Shown here in pieces: positions 41,185-50,990 of a stretch of DNA of 64,000 bases. Under the pieces are notes generated by a model. The model did not search any database and was not told the origin of the DNA. It saw nothing but the letters and a program-made list of their open reading frames with translations. Made by a program: the position numbers and the translations under genes. The DNA is from an uncultured Acidobacteriota bacterium (GTDB lineage: Bacteria; Acidobacteriota; UBA6911; RPQK01; JAPXNP01): the NCBI GenBank assembly GCA_963777605.1, contig CAVZRV010000027.1, positions 512,001-576,000 on the forward strand, in the 5' to 3' direction. Each line of letters starts with the position of its first letter. The first letter of the stretch is position 1.

Positions 41185-42033
41185 TCAGCGCATGTTGAAC
41201 AGGCGCCACGCCTCCATGAAGTTGGAACCGGCGAAACGGAGGGTGCGTGGGCCAATCCGGTCGATTCCCTTCGGAAGATCGGATTGAGGGTTCAGCGTGT
41301 TCCGGGTTGTATATTCAACCTCGAAAGTGACCGGTCCCTTGACCTCGTAAGGAGGAACCTCGGCAAGCCGGGAAAAGGCCGCCGCCGCCTGCTTTTCAAT
41401 CAGATCCTGTGCCGCCTTCGCCGAAAGAGAGAGGCAGGAGTAGTAGGCCAGTCCCTCTTTGACGACCGCCACCTCGGCCTGGGGGACGATCGCTTTCAGG
41501 TTGTCGGCCGCGGCCTGGTCCCCGGACAGAAAGATCACGGGCACTCCGAAAGCTCCGGCCAGCGCCGCACGGGTTTCGATTTCCCCGACTTCCTGGCCGT
41601 TCATCAGGATCCGCTGGATTCCCAGGGAACTGTAGCTGTGAGCCATCACAGCTGCCGACGAATTGGCCCGGGCATGTTGACCGACGAAGGCGACTGCGGC
41701 AAACCCCCGATCCATCAGCATCTCAGCGCCAAGTGATCCAATCACCAGCCTGGCCTGAGGGTGAATCGTTCGCACCGAAAGGGTTCTGCTTCCGTCATGG
41801 CCGTCCCATACCAAGACTTCGTCGGCGCCGGCCGAGAGGAACCCTCGGACTGCGGCGTTCGTCTCTGCTGTAAGCAGTTCCTGCAGTTCCGGATTGGTAG
41901 GCTCGACCTGCTCCTGTCGGCAAAGTCCGGCCACACCTTCGGCATCGGTGATCACGAAAACAGTCTTTGCCGCCTCCGCCGAAAATGTCAGCAAGGCAAC
42001 CACGGCGAACGAGATGAAAGCGAAGATCCTCAT
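41185..42033 (-). CDS. M55-family D-aminopeptidase (DppA-like), secreted
   Basis: ITDAEGVAG, WDGHD, GQHAR, AHSY, GEI and FLSGD motifs. Confidence 0.88.
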   Translation of the reverse strand: MRIFAFISFAVVALLTFSAEAAKTVFVITDAEGVAGLCRQEQVEPTNPELQELLTAETNAAVRGFLSAGADEVLVWDGHDGSRTLSVRTIHPQARLVIGSLGAEMLMDRGFAAVAFVGQHARANSSAAVMAHSYSSLGIQRILMNGQEVGEIETRAALAGAFGVPVIFLSGDQAAADNLKAIVPQAEVAVVKEGLAYYSCLSLSAKAAQDLIEKQAAAAFSRLAEVPPYEVKGPVTFEVEYTTRNTLNPQSDLPKGIDRIGPRTLRFAGSNFMEAWRLFNMR

Positions 42034-42114
42034 ACCCTGGAGCTTAACCTACCCGGGGCACGGGCACCAGTCCCCAAGAACGAGCGCATTCGGGGGAAAG
42101 TCCCTGGAGGCCGA

Positions 42115-44442
42115 TCAACGCTCAGGCCATCGGAGATGCTTGCGGAGAAACCTGAAGCTGGCTTCCCCGTTAATGCTGTGCCCTCCCTGAAAGAATTCAA
42201 TCTCGGTTCGGTCGGCAAGACCAAACTGAGCGTACAGCCAGCGGACCTTGGCGTACTCGTGGGCGACCCACTGGTCACGGCCCACCAGGTCGAGGTGCCC
42301 CCGTTCCACCATGAAGGGTCGCGGCAACATCAGGTAGGCCATTTCGGCGTAGTCGAATGTTTGACCCAGGTTCCAGTAGGGCATCTCCCACTCGATCGTC
42401 CGCATAAAACTGAACGGTTGGTCGGTTGACGCCACCTTGCGCGTCCACTGATTGAAATCACCCGACACGATGGACAGGCAGTAGCCTTCCAGGATCGGAG
42501 GCACTCGAACCCCGGTTTCTCCTCCATAACTCAAGCCGTAGAACGCGATTCGCTCCGAATCAACGAAGGGGAGTGTCCCCAGCCACCGAAGGATCTGGTC
42601 GTGCTGGGCAATAATGAATGAGAATAGCGTCGCCCCTACCGAGTTGGCTTTGCGATCGAGCCAGCGATAGCGATCTTCCCCCCGATACAGGTTGTAGGGG
42701 GCAAAAGTCACGAAGCCTTCTTCTGCCAATCGCGCCGCGAAGTTGTTATAGGCCGAGTCGTTGCCATCAATCGTGTCGCGGGGAAGCCCATTGCGGCCAT
42801 GCTGGCAGACGACGAGAGGGCGCCTCTCCCCCGGCTGGAGGTCCTTGGGCACCACCAGGACGCCCCAGGCAAACAGATCGGGCCAGACGTCCAGCACCAC
42901 ATCGTAAGCCACCCAGTCCTTCGTCTCGAGGATCTTCCGGCTGCGGGGATCCGGAGCCAGGAAAGGGATGTCGAACCGCCCCATGGCTTCATCGTAGAAA
43001 CGTGTCCGAAATGCCCGGGCTCCCTCGATGAACTTCGCGGCCGAATGGATCGGCAGACTTTTTTCGGTGGTCCAATGCAGATCGGTCAGTTCGGGCATTA
43101 CCGCATTCAGGAAGAACCGATCTCTCACGTGTTCAGAGGCCCGGACCAAACCCTGCACATGGCGCTCGAGCTGGCCGATCGCCCGACGATGCCGCACGGC
43201 GGGATCGAAACGTTGCCTCAAGTCGGTCGGCCTGGATTCCGAAGCAGGCGGTGGCACATTGATCGAGAGGGATCGGGCAAAGGCTTTCAACGCCGCCGGG
43301 GATCCGGGCCCAACAGGATCTCCGTCCTCGCCGATGATCAATTCCGGACCCGGGACGTCGGGCAGACGAGCGATCCGGGAGAACTCGACCTCTACGGAAT
43401 GTCCGTCAGGAGTACCCCACTCTCCTTTCTGATCCGTGATTCGAGGCACCGGACTGTGCTCAATGACGAGCCCACGAGGACAGATCATCGAGGCGATCTC
43501 GGCATCACCGAACCGGCGCAACAGGCTCCAGACGTTGCGGTAGATCGGTTCGGCCCAGACCCGCTGCCGTGAATCGAAGTATCCACTGACCAAAGCACTG
43601 TCGATCCGGGGATCGAGGGCAGCCGCGTAAAAGGCGATCAGGCCCCCTTCAGCATACCCACAGACACCGATCCTGGCTTCGTCGCCATACTTTTGATGGA
43701 ACCAGTCCACCGCCCCGAGAACCTTCTGGACCTCGTACCCGATCGGGTGACGCCCCATGTGAAAGGCCTGCCGGTAGATCCATTCCCTCCAAGTCTGGTG
43801 GGTTTCCCGAATTTGAGGGTCGCCGGTCTCGACAAGTCCCCGGGAGACCAGGACGGGAATCACGACTTCGATCCCGCTTTGCGCCAGCAATCGAGCGTAC
43901 TGTCGTTCAGGAGGCAAACCCGCCCCAAGGCCCAGGATCTGTTCGGGCGTCAGGTCGGCATCAGGGACGGCAACGACATGGGCTCGCGCAGTTGTAACCG
44001 GCTGGACCAGCAAGCCCTCACCGTCTACCCCGTCGAGGACTGGCCAGCGCACCTGGAACACTCGATAGAGTGCGGTTTCAGCAACAAGTGCAGGGTTGGA
44101 ATCGTCCCCGAAGCGTTCCATCCCGGGAGTCGAGCGGCGGTCCACGCAGCCGATGATCTCGGCCAGCCGCTTCCGATTGGATTCGACGAACTGGTTGTGT
44201 TCCGCGACTGCCTTACCGTCACTTTCCCAGTATCTGGAGCGTTGGCGGGCCGCTTCGGCAATTCGTTCTTCGACGAAACGGTGCGCGCCATCCATCAGGC
44301 GGCCGGAAAAATCCTCACCCTCCCACTCCAGGGCCCGAGTTCCGGGCAGGACGTCGCTCCCGGACCCGGACACCTGACTTGCGGAGACCGCCGGCAACGC
44401 CAGCAGTAGCAAAACGAACGATCGAAGGAGTCTCGCCAGCAC
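42115..44442 (-). CDS. Secreted tandem alpha/beta hydrolase (dienelactone hydrolase-like)
   Basis: Two alpha/beta hydrolase domains (GYAEGG and GLSYGG elbows), VCQHG and GGHSING. Confidence 0.8.
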   Translation of the reverse strand: MLARLLRSFVLLLLALPAVSASQVSGSGSDVLPGTRALEWEGEDFSGRLMDGAHRFVEERIAEAARQRSRYWESDGKAVAEHNQFVESNRKRLAEIIGCVDRRSTPGMERFGDDSNPALVAETALYRVFQVRWPVLDGVDGEGLLVQPVTTARAHVVAVPDADLTPEQILGLGAGLPPERQYARLLAQSGIEVVIPVLVSRGLVETGDPQIRETHQTWREWIYRQAFHMGRHPIGYEVQKVLGAVDWFHQKYGDEARIGVCGYAEGGLIAFYAAALDPRIDSALVSGYFDSRQRVWAEPIYRNVWSLLRRFGDAEIASMICPRGLVIEHSPVPRITDQKGEWGTPDGHSVEVEFSRIARLPDVPGPELIIGEDGDPVGPGSPAALKAFARSLSINVPPPASESRPTDLRQRFDPAVRHRRAIGQLERHVQGLVRASEHVRDRFFLNAVMPELTDLHWTTEKSLPIHSAAKFIEGARAFRTRFYDEAMGRFDIPFLAPDPRSRKILETKDWVAYDVVLDVWPDLFAWGVLVVPKDLQPGERRPLVVCQHGRNGLPRDTIDGNDSAYNNFAARLAEEGFVTFAPYNLYRGEDRYRWLDRKANSVGATLFSFIIAQHDQILRWLGTLPFVDSERIAFYGLSYGGETGVRVPPILEGYCLSIVSGDFNQWTRKVASTDQPFSFMRTIEWEMPYWNLGQTFDYAEMAYLMLPRPFMVERGHLDLVGRDQWVAHEYAKVRWLYAQFGLADRTEIEFFQGGHSINGEASFRFLRKHLRWPER

Positions 44443-44464
44443 CCTGTCCCCTCTCTGCGACGAA

Positions 44465-45217
44465 TCAGAGACCCGTCACTCTGCGCCAGGTTTGGGCCAT
44501 CAATGCGTGCCCCGCAACCGTTGGATGAACCCCGTCGGAAGCCCAGTATTCGGGTGGCGCCTGTCTGACAGCCTCGTCAAACATGGATTGAAAGGGAACC
44601 CAGATCAAATTCAGTTCCTGCGCCAGCTTGGCAGCGACGGCACGCCGCTGGTCGAACTCCGGAAACCAGCGATCGTTGACGGCTCCACAGCGCAGAACGA
44701 ACGGTTCACAGATCACGATCCGAACTTGGGGCAGCGCAGTAAGCGTGGACAACAGGAGATCCCTGTAACCGCTTTCGTAGTCTTCGACGGTGCCGTCATA
44801 CTGCCCGTTCAGCTTGTGCCAAATGTCATTCACCCCGACCAGGATGCTGAGCACGGCAGGATTCAGATCCAAAGCGTCCGATTCCCACCGAGCCGCCAGA
44901 TCCGGAACCTTGTTCCCGCTGATCCCTCGGTTGTAGACCTTCAGGTGCAGGCTCGCGTGGTCCGCCAGCAGGTCCCCTGCCAACAACAACGGATACCCTC
45001 CACCGAGTGCAGCCCGATCGTTGGCATCCGACTTTTCCCGGTTCCTGCCGGCATCGGTGATCGAGTCACCCTGAAACAGCACGGTAGCGTCGGCAGACAG
45101 CGTAATTGCCGCCGATTTCTTTCCGGCACAGCCCGACAACGCAATCGCACTTCCGGCAGCCAGTGATGCTCCGACAAACACTCGACGGTTCAACTTCAAG
45201 TTCAGCGATTCAGCCAC
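44465..45217 (-). CDS. Tat-exported SGNH/GDSL hydrolase
   Basis: NRRVFV Tat-like motif; GDSITD, NRGISG, GVND and DGVHP. Confidence 0.92.
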   Translation of the reverse strand: MAESLNLKLNRRVFVGASLAAGSAIALSGCAGKKSAAITLSADATVLFQGDSITDAGRNREKSDANDRAALGGGYPLLLAGDLLADHASLHLKVYNRGISGNKVPDLAARWESDALDLNPAVLSILVGVNDIWHKLNGQYDGTVEDYESGYRDLLLSTLTALPQVRIVICEPFVLRCGAVNDRWFPEFDQRRAVAAKLAQELNLIWVPFQSMFDEAVRQAPPEYWASDGVHPTVAGHALMAQTWRRVTGL

Positions 45218-45542
45218 GGTTCACCCCCAATCACACTTTAATGACGACATCCTAACAGGACGCAGTCGTTCCGTCCTGCCTCAACCAGCCAAAATCTCAC
45301 TCGAGGAAGCACACTCTGGCTCCAAACGCAGGGACATTTGCCCGGATCGAGTCGATTTGGGTCTCCGAAATTGCAGCAGCGGTTCTTAACATTTTCGATA
45401 AATCGCATGTGCCATTAATGTGACTTTCGGCCTAAAGGAAGTATCTCGTTGCGTCGATATTGAGTCCGTAGCGAGGTCCAATTCTGGGTCAGCCAGGATC
45501 TGGACAACCTTCATAGATCACGATCTTGCAAGAGGAGAGGAA

Positions 45543-46532
45543 ATGGCACCGAAGCCTAAACTGAGTGTGTACTGGGCTGCGTCTTGCGGTGGGTGTGAGA
45601 TCGCGGTCGTGAACCTTCACGAGCGAATTCTCGACCTTGATGCCGCCTTCGACTTCTTCTTCTGCCCCTGCCTGCTTGACACGAAGGTCGCCGAAGTAGA
45701 ATCGCTGCCCGACCAGGGGATCGCCGTGACTTTGTTCAACGGGGCCATTCGCAGCAGCGACAACGAGGAAATGGCCCAACTGATGCGCCGCAAATCGGAA
45801 ATTCTGATTGCCTTCGGTTCCTGCGCCTGTGATGGCTGCATTCCGGGTCTCAGCAATCTCCATGACCCGGAGGCAACCTTCCGAACGGTCTATCTCGAAA
45901 ACCCATCCGTCGACAATCCGGAACGCCTTGTGCCCCAACCGAGCGTCACCGTCCCGGAAGGAACGCTCGAACTTCCGGTGTTCTACCCGAGGGTCAAGAC
46001 TCTCGCGGACGTGGTGCCGGTCGACTACTTCATTCCCGGCTGCCCACCCGAGTCCTTTCAGATCTGGAACGCCCTGGAAACGCTCCTTTCCGGCCAGGAT
46101 CTCCCTCCCAGAGGGAGTACGCTCGGAGCAGGGGATTCGACCGTTTGTAACGAATGTCGGCGGACGAAGGGAGACAAGGAGATCACCCGCCTGCGCCGAC
46201 CGTATGAATTCGAACCGGATCCCGAACTATGCCTCCTCGAACAGGGACTGGTCTGCATGGGCATCGCCACAGCCGACGGATGTGGTGCCCTCTGCCCCGA
46301 CGTAAACATGCCCTGTACGGGCTGCTACGGTCCCCCGAAGGGGACCTCCGACCAGGGAGCGGCAATGATCGGTGCCCTGGGTGGAATGCTGAACATCGAG
46401 ACTGGAAAGCGCTTGAGCGAGGCTGAACTGGCGAGGAGGATCGATGGCATTCTCGAGGCCATTCCCGACTTCGCCGGCTCGTTCTACAAGTACAGCCTGC
46501 CGGGCTCAACGCTGAAGGGGAAACGCCAGTGA
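45543..46532 (+). CDS. mvhG: F420-non-reducing (group 3c) [NiFe] hydrogenase small subunit
   Basis: ATG at 45543 after GAGG; SCGGCE, FGSCA..GCIPGL, IPGCPP, VCNEC, CLLEQGLVCMG, CGALCP and PCTGCYG. Confidence 0.9.
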   Translation: MAPKPKLSVYWAASCGGCEIAVVNLHERILDLDAAFDFFFCPCLLDTKVAEVESLPDQGIAVTLFNGAIRSSDNEEMAQLMRRKSEILIAFGSCACDGCIPGLSNLHDPEATFRTVYLENPSVDNPERLVPQPSVTVPEGTLELPVFYPRVKTLADVVPVDYFIPGCPPESFQIWNALETLLSGQDLPPRGSTLGAGDSTVCNECRRTKGDKEITRLRRPYEFEPDPELCLLEQGLVCMGIATADGCGALCPDVNMPCTGCYGPPKGTSDQGAAMIGALGGMLNIETGKRLSEAELARRIDGILEAIPDFAGSFYKYSLPGSTLKGKRQ

Positions 46533-48013
46533 AACGCATCGTAATCAACCCGATCACCCGACTCGAAGGCCACGGAAAGATCGACATCTTCCTCGACGAC
46601 AATGGTGACGTCGCCAACGCCTACTTCCAGGTCCCGGAACTGAGGGGCTTCGAGCAATTCTGTGTCGGGCGCCATGCTGAAGAGATGCCGGTCATCACCA
46701 GTCGGATCTGTGGTGTCTGCCCCGAGGCGCATCATCTGGCCGCGGTAAAGGCACTCGATCAACTCTTTGGCGTGGAACCTCCCCCCGCCGCCCGGAAGAT
46801 CAGGGAACTCCTCTACTCGGCGTTCTTCGTAACGGACCACACGACCCACTTCTACGCTCTCGGCGGGCCAGACTTCATCGTCGGGCCGGACGCCCCTCCG
46901 CAGGAGCGGAATATCCTCGGCGTAGCCCGCAAAGTCGGACTCGAAGTCGCTGGCCAGGTCATCGGCTGTCGGTCCAGGAACCACGACGTCATCAAACGCC
47001 TCGGAGGGAGAAGCATCCATCCGACGGCCGGAGTCCCCGGGGGATGGAGCAAGCCGATTTCCGAAGAACTGCGCACCGATATCGTGCAAGTGGCGCGGGA
47101 AAATGTCGAGTTTGCACTCTTCAGCCTGCAGGTTTTCGAGTCGATCGTTCTCAAGAACCCGGCCTATCTCGAATTGATTTCGTCCGATCTTTACCTGCAC
47201 TGCACCTATTCGATGGGAACCGTCGACGATCAGAACCGCGCCAATTTCTACGACGGCAAGATTCGAGTGGTCGACCCGGATGGACGGGAGTTTGCGAAAT
47301 ATTATCCGCAGGACTATCGCGACCATATTGCCGAGCGCGTCGAACCCTGGACCTATCTGAAGTTCCCCTATCTGAAGAAGGTGGGATGGAAGGGCCTCGT
47401 GGACGGAATCGACAGCGGTGTCTACACGGCAACTCCACTTTCCCGCCTCAACGTTTCGGATGGCATGGCGACTCCAAGAGCCCAGGCGGAATTCGAAAAA
47501 TTCTACGAGGCCTTCGGCTCAAAGAAGAGCAACGGACGTTACCAGCCAGTCCATCACCGACTGGCAACCCACTGGGCCCGTCTAGTGGAACTGCTCTACG
47601 CTGCTGAACGAATGCTGGAACTGGCGGAAGATCCCGAAATCACCGATCCAAGGGTGCGGCAGATTCCCGAGGCGATCGTCGGAGAAGGAATCGGCAGCGT
47701 TGAGGCCCCTCGCGGGACGCTGACCCACCACTATGTCTCCGACGAACGCGGCATTCTCAAGATGGTGAACCTGGTGGTCGGAACGACCAACAACTACGCC
47801 CCCATCGCAATGTCGATTAAACGCGCCGCGCAAGGCCTGATCCGAAATGGAACAGTGATCGAAGAAGGGATTCTCAACCGAATTGAGATGGCCTTTCGAC
47901 TCTACGATCCCTGCCTTTCGTGTGCCACGCATGCACTTCCGGGCAAGATGCCCCTCTCGGTCACGCTGCGCACTCCTGACGGAGAAACCGTTCGGAGCTT
48001 CCGAAGGAACTGA
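46529..48013 (+). CDS. mvhA: Group 3c [NiFe] hydrogenase large subunit
   Basis: PITRLEGH, L1 SRICGVCPEAH, EAPRGTL and L2 DPCLSCATH with a cleavable C-terminal tail. Confidence 0.93.
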   Translation: MKRIVINPITRLEGHGKIDIFLDDNGDVANAYFQVPELRGFEQFCVGRHAEEMPVITSRICGVCPEAHHLAAVKALDQLFGVEPPPAARKIRELLYSAFFVTDHTTHFYALGGPDFIVGPDAPPQERNILGVARKVGLEVAGQVIGCRSRNHDVIKRLGGRSIHPTAGVPGGWSKPISEELRTDIVQVARENVEFALFSLQVFESIVLKNPAYLELISSDLYLHCTYSMGTVDDQNRANFYDGKIRVVDPDGREFAKYYPQDYRDHIAERVEPWTYLKFPYLKKVGWKGLVDGIDSGVYTATPLSRLNVSDGMATPRAQAEFEKFYEAFGSKKSNGRYQPVHHRLATHWARLVELLYAAERMLELAEDPEITDPRVRQIPEAIVGEGIGSVEAPRGTLTHHYVSDERGILKMVNLVVGTTNNYAPIAMSIKRAAQGLIRNGTVIEEGILNRIEMAFRLYDPCLSCATHALPGKMPLSVTLRTPDGETVRSFRRN

Positions 48014-48020
48014 TAAGACG

Positions 48021-48521
48021 ATGCCAACCGTGGTGATCGGACTCGGAAACTCTCTACTCTCCGACGATGGTCTAGGACCGCACGTCGTCTCCCAACTGAG
48101 GCGTGAAGTTCCGGAGACCGAGGATCGAGTCTACAAGACGGTCTCAGTGGGCGGGATCGAACTGATGACGGAACTGATCGGTTTCGATCGCGCGATCATC
48201 GTCGACGCCATGGTGACCGGTTGCGCTCAACCCGGAACCGTTACGCGGATCGAACTCAGTTCGCTGATATCAACCTGCAACCTCAACTCCACCCACGACG
48301 CCAATCTCGGAACCGCCCTGGAAATGGGTGGCCTGCTCGGACTCTCACTACCCTCGGATGTCGAGGTGTGGGGTGTTGAGGCCAACGACGTGGAAACCTT
48401 TAGTGAAACCCTCTCGCCGGAAGTCGATTCGGCTCTACCCGAACTGGTTTCGGAAATCCGGAATTTCCTCAGTCGACCCCAGGATTCCGGAGTGAGAGTT
48501 CAGGCAAAGAGGAAAATATGA
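48021..48521 (+). CDS. Hydrogenase maturation endopeptidase (HycI/HybD family)
   Basis: VIGLGNSLLSDDGLG, IIVDA, STHD and LSPEV. Confidence 0.92.
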   Translation: MPTVVIGLGNSLLSDDGLGPHVVSQLRREVPETEDRVYKTVSVGGIELMTELIGFDRAIIVDAMVTGCAQPGTVTRIELSSLISTCNLNSTHDANLGTALEMGGLLGLSLPSDVEVWGVEANDVETFSETLSPEVDSALPELVSEIRNFLSRPQDSGVRVQAKRKI

Positions 48522-50503
48522 AATCAACCCAAGCTCAGTGCCAGGGGACGGCAGTCTACCTGTGCCAGTGTGGAACGATCATTCCCGAACGGGTCGACCT
48601 CGAGAAGGTCCGGTCGGCCGCTGAAACTCTTCCGGAAGTCGCTTACGTTGAGACCGTTGAATTCCTCTGTTCCGAAGAAGGCAAAGACCAACTGCGGCAA
48701 GATCTGCAGACACGCAAACCCGCGCGGGTCGTTCTGGCCGCATGCTCGCCGAGAGACCACGAGGGGACGTTTCGCAAGGTTCTCGCTGAGGCAGACATCA
48801 ATCCCTACCTGCTGCAGATCGCGAACGTAAGGGAACAGATTGCCTGGGTGACCGAAGATTCGGAGCAGGCAACCCAAAAGACCTTCCAGTACGTGCGAGC
48901 CGCAGTCTCACGGGTTCAACTTCACGAACCGCTGGAAGACGAGGTCATCGACGCCAACTCGAATGTTCTCGTGCTGGGAGCCGGGCCGGCCGGGCTCAAG
49001 GCCGCCGTCACGGCCGCCCAGGCGGGAAGGGACGTGGTCCTGGTCGAAAAGTCATCCCATATCGGCGGACTCCCGGTTCTCTACGAGGAGGTCTTTCCGG
49101 CCATGGAGTGCGGCCCCTGCATGTTGGAGCCTCTCGAAGACGAACTCCTTCATGGAGCCGCTTCGACCCACATCGAGATCCTCACCGAATCTGAACTCGA
49201 GGGCGTCGAGGGTTTTTACGGGAATTTCATTGCCCATATCCGGAAGGCGCCCGCATTTGTGAACCCTGCCGAGTGCATCGGGTGCGGGATGTGCATCGAA
49301 GTGTGTCCGGTTGCGGAATCCGAGCAGACACCCCTGGGAGAGTTCGAGAGGGCGGCGATATCTTTCTCCTTCCCCGGTTCTCTGCCGGCAATTCCAGTTC
49401 TGAATCCCGCTGTCTGCCTGCGATGGAGTGGCGGCGAGTGCGACGAGTGCCAGACCTCCTGTCCGATCCCCGGAGTCATCGACTTCGACGCCCAGGCCCG
49501 AACACTCGATCGCTCGGTGGGAGCCGTCATCGTCGCCGTTGGATCTCGGCTTTTCGACTGCAGCGAGATACCGAACCTGGCGTACGGGATCCTGAAAGAC
49601 GTCTACACGAACCTGGACTTCGAACGGATGCTGGCGTCGAACGGGCCCACCGCCGGTGAGATCAGCACCTCGCAGGGTGACCCACCCTCGTCGGTCGCCT
49701 TCATTCACTGCGTCGGCAGCCTCGACGCCGAACGCCGGGAGTACTGTTCGGGGATCTGCTGTCAGGAAGCCCTCAAGCTCAACCACATGCTCAGAAAACG
49801 CATGCCGGATGTCCGGCTGACTCACTTCTACAAGGAAATGGTGGCTCCCGGGAAGGAAGAATTCGCCCTCTGCAGTGAAGCGCACAGCGACCCGAACACC
49901 CGATTCGTCCGTTACGAAGAAATCGAAAAAATCCAGGTCTCCGACGGCAGCAACGGCAGAACGATAACCGTTTCCGGGAATGGCGCGGAAACGAAGCAAG
50001 TCGCAGCCGACATGGTCGTCCTCTGCCCCGCGGTGGTCCCCGGGGAGTCGGCCCGAAACCTGAGCGAACTCCTTGGAGTCAAACAGGACCGTTGGGGCTT
50101 CTTTGATTCGCTGCACAGCCGAATGAGTTCGAGCAGCAGCAGTATTCGAGGAGTCTATCTGGCCGGCTCCTGCCAGGCGCCAATGAATATTACTCAGGCC
50201 ATTAACCAGGGGATGGCCGCAACCGCCCAGTTTCTCTCCGGACTCGCTCCCGGAAAGCAACTCGAGGTCAGCCCTGTCGTGGCCTCTGTGCATGAGGAGT
50301 TTTGCTCGGGTTGTCGCATCTGCGTTTCCGTCTGCCCTTACAGGGCGATCCGATTGGCGGAAGATTCGGGTAAAGCCCGGGTCAACAAAGTGCTTTGCAT
50401 GGGTTGCGGGACCTGCGTTGCGTCGTGTCCCTCGGGGGCGATGCAGGGGAATCACTTTACCGGCGATCAAATACTCGCGGAGATTCAGGGGGTGTTGGGA
50501 TGA
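48518..50503 (+). CDS. hdrA: Heterodisulfide reductase subunit A-like flavo-FeS protein
   Basis: CQCG, AACSP, ANVREQIAWV, GAGPAG, two ferredoxin inserts (CIGCGMC..CP; CSGCRIC..CP; CMGCGTC..CP), FERML and HCVGS..YCSGICC..ALK. Confidence 0.92.
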   Translation: MKSTQAQCQGTAVYLCQCGTIIPERVDLEKVRSAAETLPEVAYVETVEFLCSEEGKDQLRQDLQTRKPARVVLAACSPRDHEGTFRKVLAEADINPYLLQIANVREQIAWVTEDSEQATQKTFQYVRAAVSRVQLHEPLEDEVIDANSNVLVLGAGPAGLKAAVTAAQAGRDVVLVEKSSHIGGLPVLYEEVFPAMECGPCMLEPLEDELLHGAASTHIEILTESELEGVEGFYGNFIAHIRKAPAFVNPAECIGCGMCIEVCPVAESEQTPLGEFERAAISFSFPGSLPAIPVLNPAVCLRWSGGECDECQTSCPIPGVIDFDAQARTLDRSVGAVIVAVGSRLFDCSEIPNLAYGILKDVYTNLDFERMLASNGPTAGEISTSQGDPPSSVAFIHCVGSLDAERREYCSGICCQEALKLNHMLRKRMPDVRLTHFYKEMVAPGKEEFALCSEAHSDPNTRFVRYEEIEKIQVSDGSNGRTITVSGNGAETKQVAADMVVLCPAVVPGESARNLSELLGVKQDRWGFFDSLHSRMSSSSSSIRGVYLAGSCQAPMNITQAINQGMAATAQFLSGLAPGKQLEVSPVVASVHEEFCSGCRICVSVCPYRAIRLAEDSGKARVNKVLCMGCGTCVASCPSGAMQGNHFTGDQILAEIQGVLG

Positions 50504-50940
50504 GTCGTTTCAGGCCAAGAATCGTGGGCTTTTTGTGCAATTGGTGTTCATACGCTGCAGCCGATTCAGCTGGGAGCGCGCAGAATCCCTATCCCCCCAA
50601 CGTCAGCATGATTCGCGTCATGTGCAGCGGCCGGGTCGAGCCGGAATTCATACTCGAGTCCCTGCGCAAGGGAGCCGACGGCGTCCTGATTCTCGCCTGT
50701 CACCCCGGGGATTGCCACTACAAAGAAGGCAATTTTCGAGCGGTCCAGCGCCACCGCATCCTGCTGAAACTGCTTCAGCAATTTGGGATCGACGAGCGGC
50801 GCTGTCGATTTGACTACGCTTCTGCTGGTGAGGGGGACAAATTTGTGCGGATAATCTCCGAAATGGTTGAGACTGTGCGGGAACTTGGTCCCCTGCACCA
50901 GTCGTCAGACAACTCCCCGGCCGAGACAATCGCGCTCTGA
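50500..50940 (+). CDS. mvhD: Hydrogenase 2Fe-2S delta subunit
   Basis: ATG at 50500 overlaps the hdrA stop; IVGFLCNWCSY, RVMCSGRV, GADGV, CHPGDCHY and SAGEG. Confidence 0.94.
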   Translation: MSRFRPRIVGFLCNWCSYAAADSAGSAQNPYPPNVSMIRVMCSGRVEPEFILESLRKGADGVLILACHPGDCHYKEGNFRAVQRHRILLKLLQQFGIDERRCRFDYASAGEGDKFVRIISEMVETVRELGPLHQSSDNSPAETIAL

Positions 50941-50990
50941 TAGCGCCTCAGTCCAGTAGGGTTCTAAAGACGGAAGGAGTAATTTTAACA

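Noticed and set aside
45400-45416. Sigma54 promoter (TGGCAC on the minus strand)
   Set aside because: There is no TTGC at the -12 position.
45543-50940. Selenocysteine recoding in Mvh/Hdr subunits
   Set aside because: All expected positions are Cys codons (DPCLSC, AACSP, CNWC, CHPGDC), with no in-frame TGA.
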